A stretch of 63,707 bases of DNA, filler included, from Chiloscyllium plagiosum (taxonomy: Eukaryota), in the NCBI RefSeq assembly GCF_004010195.1. It is 5 parts of one record of this genome, joined end to end, with 100 filler letters (N's around TTAATTAATTAA, not from the genome) between each part and the next. Parts side by side here need not be neighbours in the genome. Positions count along the whole stretch, not along the records: positions 1 to 16,728 come from NC_057710.1; positions 16,829 to 25,697 come from NC_057710.1; 3 more parts are not named here. One strand, written 5' to 3'. The notes under the pieces are model-generated. The model was not told the origin of the DNA. It did no database searches and worked only from the letters and a program-made list of their open reading frames with translations. The translations under genes and the position numbers were made by a program. Below, one piece after another: positions 11,312 to 24,099 of the stretch. Position 1 is the stretch's first letter. The number at the start of each line of letters is the position of its first letter.

Positions 11312-14300
11312 TTTTGACAGAGTGGCAAGGAGAGAAGATGAGGTGAAGCGAGGGCTGCCGGGAAGGGTAAGTTTTCCCACTGAAAAAGGGACTTACCTTG
11401 GGAGTCGGGCCTCCATTTTGACAGAGTGGTGAGGAGAGAATGTGGAGTGAAGGTAAGGGCTTAATTTATATTTGGGCAGAGGCTAAACCCAAGATACTAA
11501 ACGTGCAGTATCTCCCTCCCACCCACCCACTCCCCACCCTCCCCCACAAACCAGAAGAAAAAGACTCTTGAAGGGAAGGCTTTTATTTCTTTCTTATCTT
11601 TCTTTTTCATATATTTAAGTGCATTGTTTGGTTTTAGTTGGTTCATATAAAGCTAAGCTTAGAGTGGCAGGTGACCTCAGACCGGTGGCATGTGCCTCTT
11701 GCTTGATGTGGGAGCTTAGGAACGTGCCTGACATTACTGACTCTTACACTTGCAGAAGTGTATCTAGCTGAAGCTCTTGTCTGAACATATGACGGCTCTG
11801 GAGCTGTGGATGGACTCACTGTGGAGCATCCGTGATGCTGAGGAGGTCGTGGATAGCACGTTTAGTGAACTGGTCACAGCACAGGTTAGAATTGCTGAGG
11901 GAGACAGTGAATGGGTGACCAAAAGGCAGAAAAAGTGTAGGAAGACAGTGCAGGTGTCCCCTGTGGTCATCTCCCTCCAAAACAGGTATACCATTTTGGA
12001 TACTGTTGGGGAAGATGGCTCACCAGGAGAGGGCAGCAGTTGTCAAGATCATGGCAACGTGGTGGGCACTGCTGTTCAGAAGGGCAGGAAAAAGACTCGT
12101 AGGGCCATAGTCATAGTTCTATTAGAAGGGGAGTAGATAGGCAGTTCTTTGGCAGAAAATGGGACTCCCGGATGGTATGTTGCCTCCCAGGTGCTCGGGT
12201 CAGGGATGTCGTCGATCGGCTGTAGAACATTCTGAAAGGGGAGGGTGAATTGTCATGGTGCATATGGGCACCAACAGTATATGTAGAAAATGAGATGATG
12301 GTCCTGAAAGAGGAATTCAGGGAGCTAGGAGAGATGTTAAAGAGGAGGACCTCAAAGGTAGTGATCTTGGGATTACTACCAGTGCCACATGCTAGCCAGC
12401 GTAGAAATGAAAAAATAGGGAGGATGAACACATGGCTTGAGAAATGGTGTAGGAGGGAGGGGTTCAGATTTGTTGGATATTGGGACCGGTTCTGGGGAAG
12501 GTGGGACTATTACAAAATGGACTGTCTACATCTGAACCAGACTGGAACCAATGTCCTTGGGGGAGTTTTTGCTACTGCTGTTGGGGAGGTTTTAAACTAA
12601 TGTGGCAGGGGGCTGGGAACCAGAAGAGAAAACAAGTAGGCAGCGAGATGGAGACTGGAGACTGTAAGAATTATGAAGATAGCATTAATAAGGGGAAAAT
12701 AGGCAGAGAGCAGATGAGCGCAAAAGAACTGGTGGCCTGAAATGCATCTACTTTAGTGCAAGGAGTATAGTGTGTAAGGCAGATGAACTTAGGGCTTGGA
12801 TTGGTGCCTGGGAATGTGACATCATTGCAATCACAGAGACTTGGTTGAAGGAAGGGCATGATAATTGGCAACTAAATGTTCCAGGATATAGATACTTCAG
12901 ACAGGACAGGGAAGAAGTAAAAGGTCGGGTGGTGGAAATTGCATTGCTGGTCAGGGATGATATCACCGCTGTGCTAAAGGAGGACACTATGGAGACCTTG
13001 GGTAGTGAGGCATTATGGGTGGAGCTGAGAAATAGGGTGCAGTTACATTGTTGGGGCTCTATTACAGGCCTCCCAACAGTGAGTGTGAGGTAGAAGAACA
13101 AATAGGTAAACAGATTATGGAAAGATGTAGAGGCAATAGGGTAGTGGTGATGAGAGATTTTAATTTTCCCAACATTTACTGGGAAACACTTAACGTCAGA
13201 GGTCTGGATGGTGTAGAATTTGCAAGAAGCATCCAGGAGAGTTTTCTAGAGCAGCATGTCAATAGTCCGACGAGGGAAGGGGCCATATTGGACCTGGTGC
13301 TGGGGAACGAGACAGGACAGGTGATAGAAGTTGCGGTGGGGGATTTATTTGGGAACAGTGACCACAATTCTGTAAGTTTTAGAATGTTCGTAGATAAAGA
13401 AGAGAGTGATCCTAAGGGAAGAGTACTAAACTGGACCAAGGACAATTGTATCAAAATTAGGCAGGAGCTCAGAAACGTAGGTTGGACACAGCTATTTGAA
13501 GGGAAGTCCACATTTGAGATGTGGGAGGCTTTCAAATATAGGTTAAACATAATGCAGGATAGGCATGTCCCGTTGAAGGCAAAGGATAGGAAGAGCAAGA
13601 TTCGTGAACCGTGGATGACAGGAGAAATTGTACGACTAGCCAAGAGGAAAAGGGAAGCGTACATAAGGTCTCGGCAGCTAAGAACAGAACCGGCACTGGA
13701 AGAATATCGGAAGAGTAGACAAGTCTTAAATGAGGAATCAAGCGGGCTAAAACGGGTCATGAGATAGCTTTAGCGAGCAGAATTAAGCAGAATTCTAAAA
13801 CATTTTATTCTTATATAAGAAACAAGCGGGTAACTAGAGAAAGGGTTGGTCCACTAAAAGATAATGAAGGAAGACTGTGTGTCGAACCTGAGTGAATGGG
13901 TGCGATTCTGAATGATTACTTTGCATCAGTGTTCACTGAGGACAGGAACATAATCAATTTTGAGATTAGAGATAGAAGTTTGATTAGGCTGGATCACGTT
14001 GACATAAGTCGGAAAGATGTGTTGGGGAGGCTAGAGGTTATTAAGGTGGACAAATCCCCAGGACCGGATGGGATCTATCCCAGGTTGCTGAGGGAGGTGA
14101 GAGAGGAAATAGCTGGGGCCCTGACTGATATCTTTATGGCATCCTTAAATACAGGTGAGGTGCCGGAGGACTGGAAGGTTGCTCATGTTGTCCCCCTGTA
14201 CAAGAAGGGGAGTAGGGATATTCCAGCTAACTATAGACCAGTGATCCTGATGTCGGTGATGGGAAAGTTGCTGGGGAGAGTACTAAAAGATAAGATCTCT

Positions 14301-15414
14301 TTATATTTGCAAAAGAATGGGCTTATCAATGATAAGCAACATGGTTTTGTGTGGGGGAGTTCATGCCTTACCAACTTAATAAAGTTCTTGGAGGAAGTGA
14401 CCAAGTTGATAGATGAAGGAAGGGCTGTTGATGTCATATATATATGGATTTTAATAAGGCATTTGATAAGGTTCCCCATGGTAGATTAATGGAGAAAGTG
14501 AAGTCACATGGTGTGCAGGGTGTTCTAACTCGGTGGATAAAGAACTGGTTGAGCAACAGGAGACAGAGAGTAGTAATTGAAGGGAGTTTCTCGAAATGGT
14601 GAAAGGTGACCAGTGGTGTTCCACAGGGGTCAGTGTTGGGGCTACTGATGTTTGTAATATACATAAATGATCTGGAAGAGGGCACTGTTGGTATGATCAG
14701 CAAGTTTGCAGATAACACGAAGATTGGTGGAGTAGCAGAAAGCATAAGGGACTGTCAAAGAATACAGGAGGATATAGATAGACTGGAGAGTTGGGTGGAA
14801 AAGTGGCAGATGGATTTCAATCCAGACAAATGTGAGGTGATGCATTATTGGTTCAGCCACATTTAGAATACTGTGTACAGTTCTGGTCGCCACATTACCA
14901 AAAGGATGTGGATGCTTTGGAGAGGGTGCAGAGAAGGTTTACGAGGATGTTGCCTGGTATGGAAGGTGCTAGCTACGAAGAGAGGTTGAGTAGGTTAGGT
15001 TTGTTTTCACTAGAAAAAAAGGACATTGAGGGGGGACCTGACTGAGGTCTACAAAATCATGAAGGGTATAGACCGGATGGATAGAGACAAGCTTTTTCCC
15101 AGGGTGAAAGATTCAATAACGAGAGGTCATGCTTTTAAGGTGAGAAGTGGAAAGTTTAAGGGGGATACACGTGGCAAGTACTTCACACAGAGGGTGGTGG
15201 GCATCTGGAACGTGTTGCCAGCAGAGGTGGTAGAGGCAGGCACAGTAGATTCATTTAAGATGCATCTGGACAGATGCATGAGTAGGTGGTGAGCAGAGGG
15301 ATGCAGATGCTTAGGAATTGACTGACAGGTTTAGACAGTACATTTGGATCAGCTCAGGTTTGGAGGACTGAAGGGCCTGTTCCTGGGCTGTAAATTTTAT
15401 TTGTTCTTTGTTCT
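11312..15414 (+). mobile_element. Near-full-length CR1-like LINE (5' UTR, ORF1 Cys motif plus SGNH esterase, ORF2 APE endonuclease plus RT), inactive
   Basis: ORF1 CASCLMWE and D.LHLNQTG; endonuclease IIAITETWL, DFNFPNI and GNSDH; RT KSPGPDGIYP, GVPQGSVLG and FADN; TTGTTCTTTGTTCT tail. It has many stops and frameshifts and an internal deletion near 14848. Confidence 0.92.
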
Positions 15415-15740
15415 ATTACTACTTCTCCAGCCTCATTTTCCAATATTCACTTTTGCCTTTATCTTATCTTTCAAATGTTAATGAAAAAAATTCTTGCAAT
15501 CTTCTTTAAATTGCTAGCTAGTGTACTTTCATATTTCATTCCCCATGCCCCCAGCCTCCACATCCAACTATTGCGGTGTCAGTTATTCTCTGCTCTATTT
15601 TAAATATTTCCCAATTCCCTGGCTTCCAACTAGTCTTCACCACATTGTATGAATTTCCTATTGCTTGTATGCTAACCCTGACTTCCCTTGTCAACTATGG
15701 TTGTCTTGTCCTCCTCTTAATATGTTTCTTCTTCCTTGGA

Positions 15741-16093
15741 TGGCACGGAACCTCAGTGGTTAGCTCTGCCATCTCCCAGCACCAGTGAGCTGGGTTTGAT
15801 TCCACCCTCTGCCGACTGTCTGTGTGGAGTTTGCACATTCTCCCGTGTCTGTGTGGGTTTCTGCTGGATGCTCTGTTTCCTCCCTCAATGATGTGTAAAT
15901 TAAGTGGATGGGCCATGTTAAATTGTCCACAGTGCTTAGGGATGTGTAGGTTAGGTACGTTAGCCATGGGAAATGCAAGGTTACAGGGACAGGGTAAGGG
16001 GATGGGGATGGGTCTGGGTGGGATGTTCTTTGGAGGGTGGGTGTGGACTTGTTGGGCCTAATGGCCTCTTTCCACATTATAGGGATTCTGATG
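15741..16093 (+). mobile_element. HE1-like tRNA-SINE
   Basis: A/B-box head (CTCAGTGGTTAG...GGTTTGATTCC), TGTGGAGTTTGCACATTCTCCC body, and LINE-like 3' tail. Confidence 0.85.
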
Positions 16094-16728
16094 AATTTCT
16101 GCTGTGCCTTCCTTTTAAAGTGCAGAATGAATTTTATCATAATACAGTCACTGCTGCCTAGGGGTTCCTTCATCTTAAGCTCCCTAATCAAGACTGCCTC
16201 ATTACACATCACCAAATACAGAATTGCCTGTTCCTGAGTGGGAACATCTCTGAGACACCCGCACCAATCAACCAAATCGCCCCGTGGCTCAACATTTCAA
16301 CTCCCCCTCCCACTCTGCCGAGGATATGGAGGTGCTGGGCCTCCTCCACCGCCGCTCCCTCACCACCAGACGCCTGGAGGAAGAACGCCTCATCTTCCGC
16401 CTCGGAACACTTCAACCCCAGGGCATCAATGTGGATTTCAACAGTTTCCTCATTTCCCCTTCCCCCACCTTATCCTAGCTTCTAACCTCCCGCAACTCGA
16501 TCCCCTGACCTGTCCGGACTTGTAAGACCTGCCCAGCTCCTTTTCCACCTATCCACTCCACCCTCTCCTCCCTGACCTATCACCTTCATCTCCTTCCCCA
16601 CAGACCTATTGTACTCTATGCTACTCTATGCTTCAGGGTCTCTGCCTTTATTCCTGATGAAGGGCTTTTGCCCGAAACGCCGATTTTGCCTGTCCTCGGA
16701 TGCTGCCTGAATTGCTGTGCTCTTCCAG

Positions 16729-16828
16729 NNNNNNNNNNNNNNNNNNNNNNNNNNNNNNNNNNNNNNNNNNNNTTAATTAATTAANNNNNNNNNNNNNNNN
16801 NNNNNNNNNNNNNNNNNNNNNNNNNNNN
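16729..16828. other. Artificial scaffold spacer N44-TTAATTAATTAA-N44 (also at 25698-25797, 52505-52604 and 59769-59868)
   Basis: The identical 100-nt construct occurs four times, and the 12-mer places TAA in all six frames. Confidence 0.95.
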
Positions 16829-16851
16829 CTTCAGGTTCTCTGCCTTTATTC

Positions 16852-16879
16852 CTGATGAAGGGCTTTTGCCCGAAACGTC
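16852..16879 (+). ncRNA. Minimal type-I hammerhead ribozyme motif
   Basis: CTGATGA A GGGC-TTTT-GCCC GAAA CG TC, on the same strand as the Penelope ORF. Helix I pairing is weak. Confidence 0.7.
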
Positions 16880-17939
16880 GATTTTGCCTGTCCTCGGATG
16901 CTGCCTGAATTGCTGTGCTCTTCCAGCACCACTGATCCAGAATCTGTTCCTGAGTGGGCTCTACCACAAGCTGCTCCAAAAAAAAATCATCTCATAGATG
17001 TTCCACAAATTCCTTTTCTGGAGATCTACTAAGATCCTGATTTTCCCAGTCCACAAGCATATTGAAGTCCTCTATGATTACTGTAATAATGCCCTTCTAT
17101 CATCTGACTTATTTTCTTCCCCACATCCTGACTGTTGCTCCAGGGCACCTATCATGCTCCATGACACCTATCACTCCCCATCACTGAATTTTTTCCTTTG
17201 TGCTTCCTCGACTCTACACACACAGATTCTACACTTTTGTACCCAATATCACTTCTTCCTATCGATTTCACTTCATTTTTTACTAACAAGGCAATTCTGC
17301 TCCCTCTGCCTATCTGCCTATCTGCCTATCCTTTCAACAGGATATCTTTAAATGTTTAATTCCCAGCCCTGATCCCTTGCAGCCATGTCTCTGTAATACC
17401 TACAACATCATGTCCGCCAATTTCAATCTGTACTGCAAGCTCATTTACTTTATTTCGGATACTGTCTGCATTTAAGTCCAACACCTTCAGTCCTCTATTG
17501 ACTGCTCTCCTTGTCATTGTTGTTCCCTTATCTGCTGTGCATGAAGTTAGCTTCCAGACCATTCCCAAACTGTTTATTCTATTATTTGTTCTGGAAACTT
17601 TAATAACCTGTGCTGACCCCTCCCCACATAATTTTCCATGCTACTGACCCTCTTTCCCCCACCCTCCAACTATTTAGTTTGATCCATAGCCCTAGTTATG
17701 TGATTCACAAAGACTCTGGCCCCAGCATGATACAGGTAGAGCCCAACCCATTTGAACAACTCCCTCCTTCCCCAATACTGGTGCCAATGCCCCATGATTT
17801 CAAACCAGTTTCTCCCACACTAATCTTTGAGCCATGCTTTTACCTCGTTAATATTGTTGATCCTGTGCCAATTTGCTCATGGCAGTAATCTAGATATTAT
17901 TCCCTTTTCTTTGCTGCTTTTTATCTTACCCACTATCTA

Positions 17940-18162
17940 CATGGTGATGGCTCAGTGGTTAGCACTGCTGCCTCACAGATCCAGGTTCAATTCCAGCCTT
18001 GGGCAACTATCAATGAAGAATTTGCACATTCTCCCCATGGCTGTGCGGATTTCCTCCGGGTGTTCAGGTTTCCACCCACTGTCTGGGTGCTTTACTCTTT
18101 AGAAGGATGGTGTGGACTTCTTGGGCCGAAGGGCCTGTTTCCACACTGTAGGGAATCTAATC
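17940..18162 (+). mobile_element. HE1-like SINE, internally deleted
   Basis: TGGCTCAGTGGTTAGC...GGTTCAATTCC head and GGGCCTGTTTCCACACTGTAGGGA tail. Confidence 0.8.
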
Positions 18163-18299
18163 TACTCATATTTTCTCCACAGAATCTCTTTCCACTTTCT
18201 ATCTATATTATTGATACTGACAACTGGATCTTTCCCCTTGCACTCCAAGTTCCTCTGCAGACCAAATGAGATATCCTGAACAGGGAGTGTATCATAAGA

Positions 18300-18607
18300 G
18301 TGGCTCAGTGGCTTGCACTGCTGCCTTACAGAGCTAGGGACCTGGGTTCAATTCCCACCTCTGTCGACTGTGTGGAGTTTGCACATTCTTCCTGTGTTTG
18401 AGTAGGTTTCCTCCCACAGTCCAAAAATATGTATGTCAGGGGAATTGGCCATGCTAAATTGTCCCATAGTGTTTAGGGACCTGTAGGTCAGGTGGATTTA
18501 GCATGGGAGCGTGCTGACTTAGGGTGAGGGATTGAGTCTGGGTGGGATGCTCTTCAGAGGGTTAGTACAGACTCAATGGGCCTATTCCTGCAGTGTAGAG
18601 ATTTGAT
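18300..18607 (+). mobile_element. HE1-like SINE
   Basis: A-box TGGCTCAGTGG, B-box GGTTCAATTCC, and shared body. Confidence 0.82.
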
Positions 18608-21600
18608 GAACCTGAGCACCAGCCAGGCAACACAGTCTTAGGGATGCTTAATCCTGGCCATAGAGAACAGAGTCTATTGCCCTCACTATACTATCCCCAA
18701 ATACAACCGCATTTCTCTTTTCTCTGCCTCTCTTGAACAGCTCCCTCTACCACAGTGCTGTGGTCAGTTTGCTCATCCTTCCAGCAGCCTCTACTCTCAT
18801 CTACATAGGTTTGAAATTCTTGTTTCCTGTTAGATAAGCTCAAGGGTTGAGTCTCCTTTAGCACTACCTCCTGGTACCCTCGACCTGCTTCATTCATAAT
18901 CACACACTCCTGCCCCTGACCACTGACCGAATTGGAAGTAGTTAATCCAAGGGATGCGACTGACTCCTGAAACAGAGCACCCAGGTAACTCTCTCCCTCC
19001 CTATATGTTACATTGTTCAAAGCTCAGACTCCAGGTCATCAACCTTGAGCCAGAGTTCCTTGAGCAACCAACACTTGGTACAGATGTGGTCACTATGAAC
19101 CACAATGGAGTCCACCAACTCCCTCACCATGCCGAAATAACACATCACATGACACAGCATCTCTATTTTAATTACTTCAATCATAATCTGTTTTTTTTTT
19201 AAATCATACTGGTGTTTATAGGTCTTTTCGATTGTAGCCTGTAAAATATTTCCTCTTTACCATCAATCTGAAAATAGCCTATGATGCACAGTCTCTAATT
19301 TGACTATCATCAACCATGAATTTATGGTTTTCCTGTGATGTCACTTTTTTGTGTTTGGCCCCTGATTGTGGCCTTCAATTTATCCTGTTAAAAAAAAGAA
19401 TCTTAAAAACTATGAGCCAAAAAAAGCAATAAGCATCTCTTACCCTCTGTATCGAATTCCTAAATTGTCTGACAAATTCCATGAACTCGGACTGTGTCTC
19501 ACTCCAGATGTGATCTCTCCTTCCTAACTGTGTGAAGCTTACTGATCATGTACATTGTGATAATCTCTGACATCTCCTATGCAAGTACTGCATGGCATTG
19601 CATTTACGCTATCCTTCGACAGGCCCACTCTTAAATAGTCTGTGTTTGTTGCAGAGCTGATCAGGAGTCCTCCTTGTGGGCCTGCTCCTTTGTCCACAAA
19701 AGTGACCACCAATACGTTCAGGTAGGTGGGCCATGGAGGGGGCTGTATTCCCCAACTGTTTCTCCCTCGTCCATGGTTACATTTGCATTTAGGTGTCCAT
19801 CAAGATGGAGCATGCAGTGCCCGCTGGCTGGATTTGGCCATTAATGACTGGTGGGCACCGCAGGGGTTTGGTGTATTGTCACCCTGGACAATGTTATTTT
19901 GATTCAATTTTTAAAAGTTTTCTTTCTGGATTTGTGAGTTTCTGGTGACTGTTTGATTTTCTTATTTATGTTGCAGTGCTCCACAAGGAACTGTGTAAAC
20001 TGACAAAAATTTTGTTTTTAAAGCATGGTTTCATTCTTATTTCTTCTCCATTTTTATTTTCTCTTTTCATCTGGCAAATGGGGATTCATGAGTGGCAAAC
20101 GTAAAGATATTCAGTCCCTAAAAATCCAGCAATACAATTAGATTAATGTGTAATGCTTGCCATTTTACTTTCAATTCCAAATGACTTGCTACTTAGTGTC
20201 ATCAAAAACTTCAGTTGAAAACGTACAGAATGGTGATGGCCTCTGGCATCTCCTATGGAAGTACTTTCCATGATGGAAACCTTAGCCCAAGGTTTGGAGG
20301 ACCTCTTGGCTTTGTCATTTTTGTCCTTGTTAGACTCTTCAAATTATCTTTGACATTTGCAATAACAGTGCCTACTACAATACACTGTTTCCTCTTTTCT
20401 CAGTCTTTATTGTTCACTTACAATACCTAACAAAACAATGAATTCTATTAGATACAGAACTAGCTCTTTACAAATCTTCTCTTAACACTTACTCATTTTT
20501 TAAAAAAAGATTGAGCTAGAATTTTGTTGTCAATAGCACTATTCTCATCCCTGTGTAATTTAAAATTTATTTCTATGACCATCACTCATTAAAAAAAATT
20601 GCAAGCTTATTGTTTCCATGTTGTCTAATCATCAGATTCCACAAAACAATAATGAGCCAACCTTTAATAGTAACCCATTACATTAGGGTAACCTGAACAA
20701 AATAAACCATCAGACATTTGTCATATTTTATTTGTGTAGTAAATGTGTATATAACAAAACAGTTTAACATTTCATGTTAGACTAAATGAATAACTATTTT
20801 AAAACTTGTGACTTATCATATCCTCCCACAATTGCAGAACATTTCAGCGCTAATGAATTTTTTTTTGAGTGCAGTTGTTGTTGTTATTTAGGAGATGTAA
20901 CAACCATTTTGACGCTAACAAGGTTCTTAAAATGCGAATTAAGATGAATGACTAGTTAATCCAGCTTTGGTAAGGGATAAATATTCACCAGGACATGTGT
21001 GAATATTGCAACAAAACATTTTGCATTATCCTGTACAATCAGACTTGATTTACATGTGATCTGGAAGTACTTAAGAAAATGCAGCATTCCTTTCAGTACT
21101 GAAAGTGTCACCCCAGATTATGGCAGAGCATATGTGACGATATAAATAGGTAGTTATGTCAGGAGTGATGCAATAGATCATATGATAATCCAGACACTCT
21201 GAAAAGACAAACAACAATCTAGATTTCATGATAAATCCAAGTGTACATAGTTAGCAGAATGTGAATAAACAATTACTTTGAAAAGATCTTTGTGTCCAGC
21301 ACTTTCTGTTGAGCAATGCGGTGCACCCAACCTTCTCCAAAACTCTCCACACAACAAAAGATGTTGAGAACAGCAAGACAGAGCAGCTTGAGAACACTTC
21401 CAGCAGCAAGACTGAATGAAAGCTTGCCATAATGCTTTGAGGTGAAGCCAAGCCAAGCATACCTCGAAAAGTCAACAACCATTTTGAAAAGAGTGAAACA
21501 AAAATTGAAGCAATGCTTCATCGATTTGGCAAATTGGTGTTCCGGCATGATACTAATTCCAACACCAAATGTCTCATTAAGAACTTGTGTGGACCTATTA

Positions 21601-22818
21601 CAAATAAATAAGACAATATCCATGCTATAGCATCGGTAGATGAAATTCAACAAAGCAGCAAAGAGTACCATTTTCATTAAACTGAATGTTAATAGTGAAG
21701 GTTACCATTGGTTTAAAAATCAAAACTCTTAACAAGATTCATGACACCATTTGGATTGTATTGCTTTAACTGTTTACATTTTTAGCATCATGTTTGCACT
21801 TGAAATATTTCAGGGGGCACTGAGAAATATCTTGGAAATACTACAAGGCATCAGGGATGATATTTGATCCACATTTGAATCAAACTGAAAACATTATGGG
21901 AAGCAGAATTACTATTAAATGAGAAATGTGCATGCTCAAAGCCGACATATAATTTCATGGCCATAGTGTTCATGCAACAGGCATATCAGCTGAACCCCCA
22001 CAGAAGACAAGTTTTGTTAAAGTGTTCCCATCATCGAGAAGCATTTCAGAACTTCATGGGATTGGTAAACAAAACTGGCAAGTCTTAACCACATCTCTGT
22101 CACTGGGTGCATCTATACATGTGCCACAAGTATTTTCCCTCAATTTGCAGCATCAAAAAATGCAGCCTCTGGACAGCTGAATCCTTCCGTCACCTCACGA
22201 CTTTCTGGCTTAGCTCAAGAGGAGTCCTCATAGGAGGATTCCTATGTCAGTGGTATCATGGCAAGACATACCAGGGAGTCTGTTAGAGGTCCTGAGGAAA
22301 CCCAAAGATGAATAAAGATAGAACAATGAGTTTTCAAAAAAAACTCTCCTACCCCTTCAAATTGATTTTAGACTTTGGACAAGGAGCAATGATAAAAATA
22401 AATCTCAAAGTGTATAGTTTATCCATAATTTTGTTGATTTCTCCAACAAATTACAGTAGAAAGTGGGAAAACCACACTCCTCCAACTCCTAGGTATTCAC
22501 ATCAGTCTCTCCCAACAAACCTTCACATTGATTTTTGCTCAAGAATTTATTCTTTAAAATTGAATGAACTCTGTCTCCTTAAATTTGTCTGATTTATTAT
22601 TCAACATTTGGATTTTACAGGAGAAAATCAATTTTGCTCAAAAAATGTAGTTAAATTGAAATCTAATTAAATATCCCTTGGGCTTTTTTTTTCTCAAATC
22701 AATTTTCACATGTTGTACAATTTAGCCAGAAGTTAACAAGATGGTTTTTGGTCGTTATCTCTTGGTTCGATGACACCAGCAATGAGTAGCTGAGGGACTC
22801 ATTCACTGTGTTATCAGA

Positions 22819-22944
22819 CTGGGAGAAAGTGAGGACTGCAGATGCTGGAGATCAGAGCTGAAAAATGTGTTGCTGGAAAAGCAGAGCAGGTCAGGCAGCA
22901 TCCAACGAGCAGAAGAATCGACGTTTCGGGCATAAGCCCTTCAA
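22819..22944 (-). mobile_element. Short Penelope pLTR insert (family A)
   Basis: 12-bp TSD TGTGTTATCAGA at 22807-22818 and 22945-22956. The 5' end falls inside the hammerhead core. Confidence 0.85.
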
Positions 22945-23814
22945 TGTGTTATCAGAAGCAACACATTTCCAAAATGCCACCCACATTAAGTTTAAAGAAT
23001 AATAAAGCAAGTATACCCTCCAGTAATCATTAGAGTGTGCCACTACTCAAAACACAGGAACAATAAATAATGTGTGCAATTATCACAGTTCCATTAAAGT
23101 CAACTCAGATAAGCAGCATTTAAATTCATTGTTCTCATGGGTGACTCTTAATTTATTTCTTTAACAAGGAAGTAACTCCATGGAAAAGCATCAATAGCGA
23201 GAGTAATATATTCACCAAGCCCCACAGTACTATCACTGATAGACAATTATCTATAGAGTTCTTTTAAATAGATTTCAAAAATGGCTAAGCTAATTATTCA
23301 ATGAATAGCTGAAGCACTTTTTTGAGGCTTCATAGACTCTTGTCTTTTTTTAGATGACCAGACCTTGAGGAAACGTTTGACTCTGTTTCAGTCCCAGATG
23401 GGTTATTTGTTTACACTGATTGTGCAATCTTGTGTGAGATTTTAAGTTTAGGCATATGCCAATGAGTTGTGTGGAAGCTTTAGCCCTAATTAGTTTTGGC
23501 AAAACTGAAAAGGTTCCCAATGAATCAGGGTGTATCTTGTCAATGGCACCCTGAAGTGGAAAATTACCACCCTGATTATGACCAGTGGAATTCATTTAGA
23601 ACAGAAACCAGTAACAATGAACCATCTGGATATCATTGGCAGAACTGAAAGTCATACATTCTCCACCACCAATCACTATCACCCACCTCTAAAAAGGTTC
23701 CTGATTTTGAGACACATATTTCTTAATTTTGAGAAACAAACACTAACAGCTCATGAAGGAACACCTACTCCTACTCCTCAGTCAGCATCCCACTTAACTG
23801 CTTGCAATCAAACA

Positions 23815-24020
23815 CTTGACTTGGAAATATTTCATCGTTCCTTCATTGTTGCTGGGTCAAAATCCTGGAATTCCCTTCCTGAGGGCATTGTGGGTCGACC
23901 TCCAGCACACATACTGCAGCAGTTTGAGAAGGCAGCTTACACCACCTTCTCAAGGTCAACCATGATCAGTAACACATGCTAGCCCAGCCACTGACAGCCA
24001 TGGCCCACAAGTGATAAACA
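23815..24020 (+). mobile_element. Old LINE 3' end (tail shared with the second SINE family)
   Basis: SFIVAGSKSWNSLPEGIVG...FEKAA, similar to 45553-45760 and 33230-33350. Confidence 0.7.
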
Positions 24021-24099
24021 AATGTAATTAAACCTTAATCAAAGCACCTCTTTCCCTCTGTGCACTGAATTTCCATTTGCACAAACACACAAACATACT

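Larger units (their letters stand above)
16243..16943 (+). mobile_element. Penelope-like element 3' part (family B) spanning an assembly gap
   Basis: C-terminal ORF AQHFNSPSHS...LEEERLIFRLGTLQPQGIN. A 15-bp TSD CTGTTCCTGAGTGGG lies at 16228-16242 and 16944-16958. Confidence 0.88.
15415..19160 (-). mobile_element. Continuation of the older minus-strand CR1-like LINE (endonuclease and ORF1 remnants), split by SINEs and a Penelope insert
   Basis: Minus ORFs EQAILYLVMCNE...EPLGSSD, NADSIRNKVNEL...VVGITETWL, and ORF1-like 18691-19020. The host sequence resumes in register after 15414. Confidence 0.75.

Noticed and set aside
16773..16784. Palindromic TTAATTAATTAA occurring four times
   Set aside because: It is always centred in N44-x-N44, so it is an artificial six-frame-stop scaffold spacer and not biology.
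19655..19721. Plus-strand exon-like segment ttgcag|...cag|gtaggt
   Set aside because: It is an isolated 67-nt segment and no frame resembles a known protein.
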